This document shows positions 1-8,962 of a DNA stretch of 64,000 nucleotides, piece by piece. The stretch is from the NCBI GenBank assembly GCA_021777565.1, contig JAJYDJ010000003.1, positions 65,001 through 129,000 of the forward strand, read 5' to 3'. The notes beneath the pieces are model-generated. The model was given only the letters and a program-made list of their open reading frames with translations, was not told the DNA's origin and did no database searches. The stretch is from a bacterium (lineage in GTDB: Bacteria > Patescibacteriota > Microgenomatia > Levybacterales > UBA12049). The position numbers were made by a program, and so were the translations under genes. Every line of letters begins with the position of its first letter. The stretch's first letter is position 1.

Positions 1-65
1 TTAATCCACGACTCTTCTGTTGAAACCATGTGACTTCACGAGCCTTATATTGATTAGTTCCAACC

Positions 66-314
66 CTATACAACATTGTTATTGCCCTCCCCTCTATTTG
101 GATAATTAAGTGATACTGTTTGCACAGTAATACCTAGTTTTTTGGCAATTGCCTCTCGTGCTTTTGTCCCAAGAGTTTCGTATATAAGTTCAGCGAGTTT
201 ATATTCCCTATCAATGTGGTGTCTGACGATAGAGAGGTTTATCACTTCTTTATGTAGAGAATTAGCAGCTATTGTACCTTTCGCCCGGACTCTCGGTTTG
301 GTATAATCGTTCAT
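66..314 (-). CDS. Small hypothetical protein, possible HTH-like C-terminus
   Basis: 82-aa ORF; AREAIAKKLGITVQTVS resembles a helix-turn-helix. Confidence 0.45.
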   Translation of the reverse strand: MNDYTKPRVRAKGTIAANSLHKEVINLSIVRHHIDREYKLAELIYETLGTKAREAIAKKLGITVQTVSLNYPNRGEGNNNVV

Positions 315-346
315 AAGATTAAGAGCTTCTTTGTCTTAATCTCCAT

Positions 347-420
347 GGCCCGTTCGTCTAGTGGCCTAGGACGCCTGGTTCTCATCCAGGAAATCAGGGG
401 TTCAAATCCCCTACGGGCTA
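347..420 (+). tRNA. tRNA-Glu (anticodon CTC), CCA not encoded
   Basis: Acceptor stem GGCCCGT(347-353)/ACGGGCT(413-419); anticodon stem CCTGG/CCAGG with loop TT-CTC-AT (CTC at 381-383); T-arm AGGGG-TTCAAAT-CCCCT; discriminator A420. Confidence 0.95.
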
Positions 421-1925
421 CTCATAGCTAAATCGGATTCAGAAATACTCAAAATAGTCTTATATTCCAAGCTAAACTCGCGATTCGACAAGCCAGAATA
501 ACACCAAGTCAACCCAACGGGAGCTATCGAACCAAGAAGTACTCTACGCTCACCTGGGTCTGAGCTCCGATAAGTATTATCCAAATGTGAAAATTTGTCA
601 CGCATAAATACCTCTACGTCTTCCATTGTGTATGCATCCAATATTGTTTCCCCTAATATCACTTCTGCATCTGCAATCTGATTTCCAATAATTTTATTCT
701 GTTCATGGTATACCTCATCTGAATATGTCCCTGCTAGATTCTTTTCAACAAGTGTTTGTCTCATTTGTTTAAGCCGAACAACCGCTTGTGTGGCTTTTTC
801 TCTCTTTGCTTGTAAGTTTGATACATTCTGATAAAAAGACTTTCTTAAAACCATCAAGAATACATCCAATTGTTCTTTTGTTGGTGCAGCAGACTGAAGA
901 AATTCTATCAGAGAATTATCAAGTTTTTCTACGGGAATAGATGGTGCCCCACATCTATTCTTACAAATATAGTACGCATACTTTTTATGTCTTCCTTTAC
1001 TCCATCCTCCAGACAGAACACCATAGCACTTACTACATTTCACAACCTTACGTAAAGGAAAATCTGGATTATCTTGCAAACGCTTACCGATAGTCATGCC
1101 AGCACGATTTCTTCCATCAATAATAGCCTGCACCTTGTAGTACTGTTCTTCAGTAACCATAGCTACATGCCGTCCTAGCACTTCTTCAGGGTACTTCGTT
1201 GAAGTAAGCATACCCATATAAAACTTGTGGCGAAACAGCCTATCAACTGTTTGCGCTCTCAATATGTATTCCTTGCCAGAGACAACCTTACGCATTCCCC
1301 ACCCATTCATTATTTTCGCCATCTCCTTCAAAGATTTTGTTCCCGTTGCCATTAAATTCCATGCATCCTTCATCTTTTCAAAATTCTCTCCATCTTTTAC
1401 AGCATATCCATGATCCATAACATATCCAATCGGCACTTTTCCTGTTACTTGTCCTGACAAGAACCTTGCCCGCAGACCATTTTTTGTCCGTTCTGATCGC
1501 ACGTCATTATCATGCTGTGCAAAACTTGCCATAATTGTCTCAAGAAGTTTTTCAGTGGGTGAGTTCCCTGTTGGTTCATTCGCAGATATTAAAGAGATCC
1601 CGTAGTCTGTCAATCTTTTACGAATTGCTAGATAGTCCTGTGTTTGCCGAGAGATTCTATCCAAACGATAAATAAATACAGCGTCGATATTTTTCTTGTT
1701 TCTTCTGCAATACTCCAGTAACTTTAATAATTCAGGTCTTCCGTTAATTGTTTTTGCCGATTTCCCTTCTTCCCTAAAAACTTCAATAATCTCAAATCCA
1801 CGACGTATTGCTTCTTTTCTACAGATTTGTTCCTGGGTATTTAAAGAAAAATTTTCAACTTGTTCCTCACTCGAAACTCTCAAGTAAATAACAGCGTTTT
1901 TATTCAAAATTGTATTTGACTCCAT
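411..1925 (-). CDS. Large serine recombinase (integrase)
   Basis: YLRVSS catalytic motif, RLDRISR, recombinase domain, Zn-ribbon CSKC...YYICKNRC, coiled coil. Confidence 0.95.
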   Translation of the reverse strand: MESNTILNKNAVIYLRVSSEEQVENFSLNTQEQICRKEAIRRGFEIIEVFREEGKSAKTINGRPELLKLLEYCRRNKKNIDAVFIYRLDRISRQTQDYLAIRKRLTDYGISLISANEPTGNSPTEKLLETIMASFAQHDNDVRSERTKNGLRARFLSGQVTGKVPIGYVMDHGYAVKDGENFEKMKDAWNLMATGTKSLKEMAKIMNGWGMRKVVSGKEYILRAQTVDRLFRHKFYMGMLTSTKYPEEVLGRHVAMVTEEQYYKVQAIIDGRNRAGMTIGKRLQDNPDFPLRKVVKCSKCYGVLSGGWSKGRHKKYAYYICKNRCGAPSIPVEKLDNSLIEFLQSAAPTKEQLDVFLMVLRKSFYQNVSNLQAKREKATQAVVRLKQMRQTLVEKNLAGTYSDEVYHEQNKIIGNQIADAEVILGETILDAYTMEDVEVFMRDKFSHLDNTYRSSDPGERRVLLGSIAPVGLTWCYSGLSNREFSLEYKTILSISESDLAMSSP

Positions 1926-1929
1926 ATTC

Positions 1930-2193
1930 TCAAACTGATTGCAACAACTCTCTTAGAGTCCTATTGTTAAAGATCTTTTTCTCATATTCTTCCAACCAGT
2001 TTGTCACTAAGTACCCAAATGAAGCAATCATAGATTTTATTTCTTCAGTAGTATAGCTATTACCTACTATTTCTTTTGCCCGTAGCACCATCCTGTCTTC
2101 ATATTCTTGCTCTGGGAAAAGCTCACTCAATGTTGTTGTAAGAGTATTTGAGATATCACCTTTTTTCGTTGAAAGCGGGTTACTTGAAATCAT
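1930..2193 (-). CDS. Small hypothetical protein co-oriented upstream of the integrase
   Basis: Ends 4 bp before the integrase start; start moved to ATG 2193 because the promoter at 2229-2257 excludes ATG 2226. Confidence 0.6.
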   Translation of the reverse strand: MISSNPLSTKKGDISNTLTTTLSELFPEQEYEDRMVLRAKEIVGNSYTTEEIKSMIASFGYLVTNWLEEYEKKIFNNRTLRELLQSV

Positions 2194-2228
2194 ATCATTT
2201 AGGCTCAAAACTATCGCTATATACATAA

Positions 2229-2257
2229 ATATTATCTTAAATACAAAAGGTTGTCAA
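2229..2257 (-). promoter_or_regulatory. Sigma70-type promoter for the integrase operon
   Basis: TTGACA-17 bp-TAATAT on the minus strand. Confidence 0.6.
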
Positions 2258-2308
2258 TAAACAAATATTGCATGAATGCCCTATGGAAATATGATATTAT
2301 ATAAGCAT

Positions 2309-2515
2309 ATGGATGCGAGAGAATCTATCGGAACAGCTCTTCGGTTAGCGCGAAAAAAAAGAAAATTAACACAGTTTAAACTTTCACAGGCTGCAGGCAT
2401 AAATGCGAACTACTATGCCCAGATCGAACGAGGAGAAGTAAATGTCTCTGCCAAAATATTACAGATGATCATTGAGGTACTCAAAGTGAAGTCTTCTGAT
2501 ATTTTGCCTTACTGA
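2309..2515 (+). CDS. XRE-family HTH transcriptional regulator
   Basis: LRLARKKRKLTQFKLSQAAGINANYYAQIERGEVN is a typical HTH_3 pattern; divergent from the integrase operon. Confidence 0.9.
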   Translation: MDARESIGTALRLARKKRKLTQFKLSQAAGINANYYAQIERGEVNVSAKILQMIIEVLKVKSSDILPY

Positions 2516-2531
2516 GATACACCCAATAATC

Positions 2532-2562
2532 ACACCACATAGGCACCACATCCATGTGGTGT
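2532..2562. repeat. Direct plus inverted repeat of CACCACAT (candidate oriT or operator)
   Basis: CACCACAT at 2533-2540 and 2544-2551; inverted ATGTGGTG(T) at 2554-2562. Confidence 0.5.
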
Positions 2563-2688
2563 AAAAACGATAGTTATAGATTCAAAAGAATGTATTCCAC
2601 ACAAAAAGGCAGATCCCCTACATATACATGTAAAATACTTTTTGTTATGATACATATGCTTTTATCTTCTGCCCTCAAAAGTATATAT

Positions 2689-5388
2689 ATGTCACCTATC
2701 CCTCACTGTATTATTAAAGTAGAATTGATTCAGAATACTCCTGTCTTCTCTTGTTATACTCTTCCTCACATCTCTTTTATTTCGTTTACTCCTATTTTTT
2801 ATCTCACACTTCATAGTGTAATTTTCATCTGTTCTGTGTTGTTATTTCTTCTCTGTCTTCGTGGTTTCATACAAATGAAAAGACAATTATCTGAAACACA
2901 TGTACTCCTTGAAATAATACCCCCTTCAGATACTAAGCAGACAACACTTACTACAGAACAATTTATGACAAATTTGCATAGTATCGGACAAAATAGATCA
3001 TGGTTTGATAAATTAGTTGGGAAGAAAAATATTTTTTCTCTTGAGCTTATTGCTACGAAAGAAAAAGGAATACGTTACGTGTTAGGTGTGCCAAAAGAAA
3101 TTGTTCCTATCATCAAAAGACAAGTACTCTCATTCTTAAAAGGAGCCACCATAACAGATACTGATGATTCCCTTCAGAGTATCAACAAACCTACCCATGG
3201 GATGATACGAGAACTTACGTTTCAGAGTCATTATGTATACTCTTTGCAAGAGCAATCATCACTTTCTCAGTATGATCCAATTGCATATATGACAGGGCAC
3301 ATGACAAGGCTTGGAGAGCATGAGACAATACTTCTACAAATAGTTATTACCCCAGTTACAAAGAGTTCTCACTGGTCAATATATACCTTCATTCAAAAAA
3401 CTATTCATAGAATTGAGCTTGGAGAAGACGTATCTGAAAACATAAAGAGTCATCATTCACTCTCTGCCACTATCCTTATGACTCTGCTCCTCTCTGTACC
3501 ATTTATACTCTTCGCACCTTATACGATCATTTCTCAGATTCTCCGTCCTACGAAAGATGGTAACTTTTTTCCCCTATGGCTATATACAGGCGAGAAGAAA
3601 AATCCTATGGACAGACTTACTCCTGAGAAACAGGAAATACAAAGAGATATCGCTCACAAATTGCAAAAAGAACTTTTTGAAACAACAATAAGAATTTACA
3701 GTTCCCACGAAGACCGACAAGGACAAAAGGAACGAATGCAAGGCATTCTGTCATCCTTTCAACCACTTCATACTCACTTGCAAAGGTTACATACAAAGTT
3801 TTCAATCGATGCCACGCAGTGGATTCAAGAATTCTTCCTCATGCATAGAATACTTGCGTTCAAGGGTAATCCTATTCTTTCAGTTTCAGAACTCGCAAAT
3901 CTGTATCACTTTCCATATACGCCAATCACACATACAGAAGATTTAGTGCAAAGCAAAAATCAAGAACTTCCTGTACCACTTTCTCTCAAAAATAGTACTG
4001 ACCTTGCTATTACTTTTGCTACGAATTCCTATGGGGGAATACCAACATCAATTGGACAAGATGCAAACCAAAGAAGAAAGCACACATATATTATTGGGGG
4101 TACTGGTACTGGAAAGACAACGCTTCTTTATACAATGATTATGCAAGATATTATAGCAGGACATGGAATCAATGTGACCGATCCACATGGTGATCTTATA
4201 CAGAAGATCTTGCAAACCATACCAGAAAATCGACAAGATGATGTTGTTCTTTTTGACCCTGACGATACTGAACATCCCTGTGGTTTTAATATTTTAGAGA
4301 TGCCCCAAGTACTTTCCAAGGAAGAAATGGAAAAGTATAAGGACCAACTCTGTGGTATCTTGATTGCTACTTTTCAAAAACTATTTCCTTCACGAGTAAA
4401 CGCCTATCGTATGGAACATATTTTGCGACAGGCGATTTTGACTGTACTTGAGACAGAAAGTCCAACACTTTTTACCATACAGAAGCTACTTACGGATTAC
4501 AAATATAGAAAGAGTGTTGTTGAACAACTCACTGATCCTATTTTAATTAATTTCTGGAAAAAAGAATTCGCTTCAATGGGATCCATGCAGAGAGCAGATG
4601 CTACTTCACCAATCACAACACGCCTCGGTGAATTCTTTGCGTCACATATGGCACGAAACATCCTACTCCAAAAACATACTACTATTGATTTCACGGATAT
4701 TATGAATAATAAAAAGATATTACTTTGTGATCTTTCGAAAGGGAAAATTACTGAAAGCATGAGCTCTTTCTTTGGTGCATTGATTACCGCGCAAATCGAA
4801 ATTACTGCACAACAGAGAGCACGACTACAAGAAAAGGATCGTGTAGATTTCTATGTGTATATTGATGAATTCCAAAATTTTGCCACACCAAGCTTTGCGC
4901 AAATGATGGGAGAATCACGAAAATATCGATTAAATACGATTCTTGCCCATCAGACGATCGCACAGATTGAAGATACAAATTTCATAGATATCGTTCTTGC
5001 AAATACTGGTACAGTTATTTCATTTCATACAGGGAGTCCGAGAGATGAGAGATATCTCCTACCATTCTTCGTACCAGAAGTGCTACCAGGACAGTTGAAT
5101 TCACTGCCACCCTATCACTTTTACATAAAAATCTCCAACAGCACCCCAGCTACCGTCTTTACTGGACAAACCGAGATTCTTATTTACCCTGAGAATCAAG
5201 AAAGAGCAAACAGTATCAGAGAACTTTCAAGAAACAAGTACACAAAGCAGAAATCAGAGATAGAAAGAGAAATAGTAACATTGCTCGAAGATAATGTTTC
5301 AGAAAAGAATACTGCTGATGCACAAGATCAGCTACAAAAAGCAAAAGAGTATCACTTAAAAGATGGAGGTTCTCATGAAAAGAAGTAA
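2689..5388 (+). CDS. virD4: VirD4/TraD-like type IV coupling protein (start uncertain; ORF open from 2554)
   Basis: Walker A GGTGTGKT, DPHGDL, Walker B VYIDEFQNF, SRKY...LAHQ; N-terminal TM segments. Confidence 0.88.
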   Translation: MSPIPHCIIKVELIQNTPVFSCYTLPHISFISFTPIFYLTLHSVIFICSVLLFLLCLRGFIQMKRQLSETHVLLEIIPPSDTKQTTLTTEQFMTNLHSIGQNRSWFDKLVGKKNIFSLELIATKEKGIRYVLGVPKEIVPIIKRQVLSFLKGATITDTDDSLQSINKPTHGMIRELTFQSHYVYSLQEQSSLSQYDPIAYMTGHMTRLGEHETILLQIVITPVTKSSHWSIYTFIQKTIHRIELGEDVSENIKSHHSLSATILMTLLLSVPFILFAPYTIISQILRPTKDGNFFPLWLYTGEKKNPMDRLTPEKQEIQRDIAHKLQKELFETTIRIYSSHEDRQGQKERMQGILSSFQPLHTHLQRLHTKFSIDATQWIQEFFLMHRILAFKGNPILSVSELANLYHFPYTPITHTEDLVQSKNQELPVPLSLKNSTDLAITFATNSYGGIPTSIGQDANQRRKHTYIIGGTGTGKTTLLYTMIMQDIIAGHGINVTDPHGDLIQKILQTIPENRQDDVVLFDPDDTEHPCGFNILEMPQVLSKEEMEKYKDQLCGILIATFQKLFPSRVNAYRMEHILRQAILTVLETESPTLFTIQKLLTDYKYRKSVVEQLTDPILINFWKKEFASMGSMQRADATSPITTRLGEFFASHMARNILLQKHTTIDFTDIMNNKKILLCDLSKGKITESMSSFFGALITAQIEITAQQRARLQEKDRVDFYVYIDEFQNFATPSFAQMMGESRKYRLNTILAHQTIAQIEDTNFIDIVLANTGTVISFHTGSPRDERYLLPFFVPEVLPGQLNSLPPYHFYIKISNSTPATVFTGQTEILIYPENQERANSIRELSRNKYTKQKSEIEREIVTLLEDNVSEKNTADAQDQLQKAKEYHLKDGGSHEKK

Positions 5389-6148
5389 TGTATACATACA
5401 TAACGTTACCCCAGAACAACAGAAAATACTTTGTTGGCTAGCACTATTTACTATACTCACAAAAAAACATATGCAGAAATTGCTCAGACATAAAGATCAT
5501 AAATGGGTATCTGTCTGCATATCCAGACTACAAGCAGATGGATATGTGAAGGAAGTGCCCTTCACATTTGGAAGAACGAAAATTTTTGCATTATCAACCA
5601 AAGGAATGCTACTAGTAAAACGTATAAACACAACAGATACACAGCACAAGCAAATTGCTAAAAATATCTCATTTGCACAGATTGATCGTTTCTTGTGTAT
5701 TGCAGACGTATATGTACAACTCAATGAAAATAGTAAAGATACACTTTCATTTATCGCTAAGGCAAATCTCTCACGCGAAAGTAAAATAATAACACCGGAT
5801 GCATATCTAACATATACAGAAAGTACTCGAATAAAGACATATTTCCTTGAATTAGATAGAGAAACACAAAGCATGAATCCTATGGAAAAGAAACTTGAAA
5901 GATATTCACAGTACTTTTACTCAAAACAATGGAAAAGAATAACGCCAGACCACTTTCCAGCTGTTTGTATCATATGTTTCACACAAGAAAGAAAAAGGAA
6001 TTTGATGAATTTAGCAGAAGACCTATTTAATACGTCTCACTTCGCTCCTATTGTGTTTAAATTTACTACGCTAGATGAAATAAACAATGGTACACAAAAA
6101 GATATCTGCCTTGTTCCGTTCGAAAAAAAATTATATCCTATCCTATAG
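5375..6148 (+). CDS. Replication-relaxation (Replic_Relax) family protein, putative relaxase
   Basis: N-terminal winged helix then PDAYL...FLELDRET...KLERY...FPAV; overlaps the T4CP stop. Confidence 0.8.
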   Translation: MKRSNVYIHNVTPEQQKILCWLALFTILTKKHMQKLLRHKDHKWVSVCISRLQADGYVKEVPFTFGRTKIFALSTKGMLLVKRINTTDTQHKQIAKNISFAQIDRFLCIADVYVQLNENSKDTLSFIAKANLSRESKIITPDAYLTYTESTRIKTYFLELDRETQSMNPMEKKLERYSQYFYSKQWKRITPDHFPAVCIICFTQERKRNLMNLAEDLFNTSHFAPIVFKFTTLDEINNGTQKDICLVPFEKKLYPIL

Positions 6149-6249
6149 GTAAATATACATCTGGATGTTAGATGTGCCAGTTTTGTTTTAATAATATTTA
6201 ACTATAATCTCAGTATAAAGTGGCGATAAGAATATATGTAGGTCAAAAA

Positions 6250-6278
6250 CTGACAACAATACACTTTTAGTGTATAAT
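6250..6278 (+). promoter_or_regulatory. Promoter with embedded palindromic operator candidate
   Basis: CTGACA-17 bp-TATAAT; ATACACT-ttt-AGTGTAT at 6259-6275. Confidence 0.6.
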
Positions 6279-6364
6279 ACCTTTTCAAGAACAAAGATCT
6301 ACCTAGAAACTCAGCTGGGAGTATAATTGAGATGACAATTTAGATATACGTTCTTAATAAATAT

Positions 6365-6988
6365 ATGTATACAATTACAGGCACGGCAGGCAATAACTGG
6401 CTTGAATATTGCAAATTAGTACTAGAGTACGGGTCAGACTTTCATGATGAGGGAGAGAAGATCAAAGAACTCCTTGATGTATTCATTCTTTTTGATAATT
6501 TCGATCCTAATGACTCTATTTTCGTTAAATACGGCAATCCTCATACAATTGACTTGTATAAACAGAAAATGATCTCATTGGAGATCATTCCTGAGCTCAA
6601 TACTACCTATGGCAAAAGATTATATGCACAGCAAGGCTTTGATCAGATTAAGTGGCTTACTGATAGGCTAAAAAGGAAACCAGAGACAAAATCAGCAACA
6701 ATCTCTCTTTTACTTCCTGATGACCCTGGACCACGTATTCCATGTTTAACGACTATTGACTGTAAAGTGCGTGGTGGAAAACTGCACATGACCGTATTCT
6801 TCAGATCCCAAAATGTAGCACGCTCCTATGCAAACTTCATTAGCGTTCACTACTTACACGAGAAGATTGCAATTGATTCTGGACATCCACTAGGGCAAAT
6901 GAAGTTTATTGTCTCTTCAGCCCATATTTATGAAAGGGACATAGAACCTGTAAAGAAGATCTTGGAAGAGACCAGTGAGTTAAGATAA
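6365..6988 (+). CDS. Thymidylate synthase / pyrimidine hydroxymethylase family protein (atypical)
   Basis: TYGKRL, catalytic PC, FRSQN (for RSxD), SAHIYE; only 207 aa. Confidence 0.85.
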   Translation: MYTITGTAGNNWLEYCKLVLEYGSDFHDEGEKIKELLDVFILFDNFDPNDSIFVKYGNPHTIDLYKQKMISLEIIPELNTTYGKRLYAQQGFDQIKWLTDRLKRKPETKSATISLLLPDDPGPRIPCLTTIDCKVRGGKLHMTVFFRSQNVARSYANFISVHYLHEKIAIDSGHPLGQMKFIVSSAHIYERDIEPVKKILEETSELR

Positions 6989-7003
6989 TACCAGATACTT
7001 ATA

Positions 7004-7591
7004 TCATACATCTGCATTTTTATATCTATCATCAGCTTTCATTTCTTTACGAATTAATCCTCGTATAAGTTCCGTCTTACTTTTTTTGTGAATGAAGGCA
7101 GACCACTCAATGTATCTATCTTCTTGAGAGCTCAGAACTAAATTAAATCTTGTCTTTTTACCAGTTTTATTTTCTTCTAAGAACTTTTCAATAATTTCAG
7201 GTAACTCATTTGTGTTTGTGTACACTTCATCATTTAAAAGCTCTGATATAACTCCATTCGTTGTAAGTGAAAACATATCCCTATTTGTAGATTGATGCAA
7301 ATGGAGAACTGGTTTGCCTTTCTGAAGTGCAATTGTCATCTGATGTCCTGCAGTAAGACCCTTTACCGTTCCTTCAACAATAGCTACATCAGCGTTAATA
7401 ATAGAGGTAATAATATCTGCGTAGAGTTTATCGAAATCAACTTTATTCTTAGTTTCTTGGTTTTGTAGGGCCTCATCAATCCAATCTCTAGTCAACTCAT
7501 GTCCGAGACTCACGATTATTTCACAAATTTGTTTATAAATAGGGAAGTATTCAGGAAGTTTTGATGTTGAGGTGATAAAAACAACTTTCAT
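7004..7591 (-). CDS. Nucleoside 2-deoxyribosyltransferase-like domain fused to a C-terminal ribbon-helix-helix; putative regulator
   Basis: ADVAIVEGT...GHQMTIALQKGKPVLHL (NDT/Rcl fold, Glu replaced by Gln); C-terminal TRFNLVLS...KSKTELIRGLI (RHH-like). Confidence 0.7.
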   Translation of the reverse strand: MKVVFITSTSKLPEYFPIYKQICEIIVSLGHELTRDWIDEALQNQETKNKVDFDKLYADIITSIINADVAIVEGTVKGLTAGHQMTIALQKGKPVLHLHQSTNRDMFSLTTNGVISELLNDEVYTNTNELPEIIEKFLEENKTGKKTRFNLVLSSQEDRYIEWSAFIHKKSKTELIRGLIRKEMKADDRYKNADV

Positions 7592-7631
7592 ATATAAGAG
7601 CTATACTTAACTTCATTTATTTATGTAAAGT

Positions 7632-7656
7632 ATAACATCATTATACATGATGTTAT
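7632..7656. promoter_or_regulatory. Perfect 10-bp inverted repeat (candidate operator)
   Basis: ATAACATCAT-tatac-ATGATGTTAT between the divergent regulator and the operon. Confidence 0.6.
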
Positions 7657-7921
7657 GTAATCCTTGTACCCCCATTACAAAGATACTGTTTAGATTTTGA
7701 ATTTCCTCTTGACACAGAATGAAATATGTTATACACATGAATATGTACATATATACACACTTGTGCATTGATGTACTAGTGAATGATGCGTGCATTATTA
7801 GTTTGCCAAAAGTGTAGAAGAGAATATAAAGTTTCATCTAAGGATGAGTCTAAGTTTTCAGTATCACTACTAAAAGTGAGCGATGAGCTTTTAGTACATT
7901 CTGAGGTTTGTCCAAGGTTAT

Positions 7922-8962
7922 ATGGAAAAAGGAAAACTAAATCGAAATAAAAATATGAATAAAATACTAAAAGTAGGCATTATAGGCATGGGTGAGCAGA
8001 TGACTGACAACCTGCTTCCTAGCATATTACTCAATAACTCTGTCATCATAGATAGTGTATGTGATATTGATAAAGAGAAATTGCATATAGCAGAATCAAA
8101 ATATAACGTAGTTGGATGCCAGTCTTATCAAGAAATGCTTACTACTAGAGAACTCGATTGTATTGTAGTGGCATCAACACCCCAAGTTCACGAAGCTGTT
8201 ATACAGTTATCAATTGACAAAGGTATCCCTATCTTTGTCGAGAAACCTCCATTCGTTGATATATCTAGCCTAACTCATATCATGAGTGACCCTAAAGCAA
8301 AAGATTTAATAAGTGGGGTTGGCATTAATTTTAGTTACACTGACAGTTTATTAATTCTCAAGGAATTACTGAATGAAAAAAAGTTTGGCAATATTTTGTA
8401 TTGGAATATTAATCATCTTGCTAATAAACCAACGGAGGCGCTGTGGGGGCTAAATAGCGTACCTCAATCATTTTTGCTCGCGCAAGCGATTCACCCTTTG
8501 GCATTTATATTAAGCTTTGGTGATAATTATAAAATCAAAAGTATTGATTATAGCCAGTTTGCTGATCAACTTCTGTTAAATTTAAATTTAGATATAAATC
8601 GTAATGGAAAGTCCTTTGTTGCAAATATTACATCAGGAACTTGTTCCCCGCACTTTGAGTGGAATATGGAGATTATTACTGACCAAGGGAAAATATTACG
8701 AATCAATTCACTGTGGGAATTGGAGTTGCTAGATGCTGGGAAAAAAACAGATCTCGTTAAAAATACTAAAAGATGGAAAGACGTATGGCATCCAAGTCCT
8801 GTTGGAAATGGTCTAAAAAGGACAGGTTATTATCATGAGCTTTCATCTTTTTTTGATAGCGTAAGGGAAAATAAGACATTTTATCCTAACCTTTCTAATA
8901 TGTTTGCGGTATATACACTCATTGATCAAATAAGTAAAAACATAACTGTAAAATATGTATAA
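7922..8962 (+). CDS. Gfo/Idh/MocA family NAD(P)-dependent oxidoreductase
   Basis: KVGIIGMG Rossmann motif; H...GIPIFVEKP; alternative start at 7955. Confidence 0.9.
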   Translation: MEKGKLNRNKNMNKILKVGIIGMGEQMTDNLLPSILLNNSVIIDSVCDIDKEKLHIAESKYNVVGCQSYQEMLTTRELDCIVVASTPQVHEAVIQLSIDKGIPIFVEKPPFVDISSLTHIMSDPKAKDLISGVGINFSYTDSLLILKELLNEKKFGNILYWNINHLANKPTEALWGLNSVPQSFLLAQAIHPLAFILSFGDNYKIKSIDYSQFADQLLLNLNLDINRNGKSFVANITSGTCSPHFEWNMEIITDQGKILRINSLWELELLDAGKKTDLVKNTKRWKDVWHPSPVGNGLKRTGYYHELSSFFDSVRENKTFYPNLSNMFAVYTLIDQISKNITVKYV

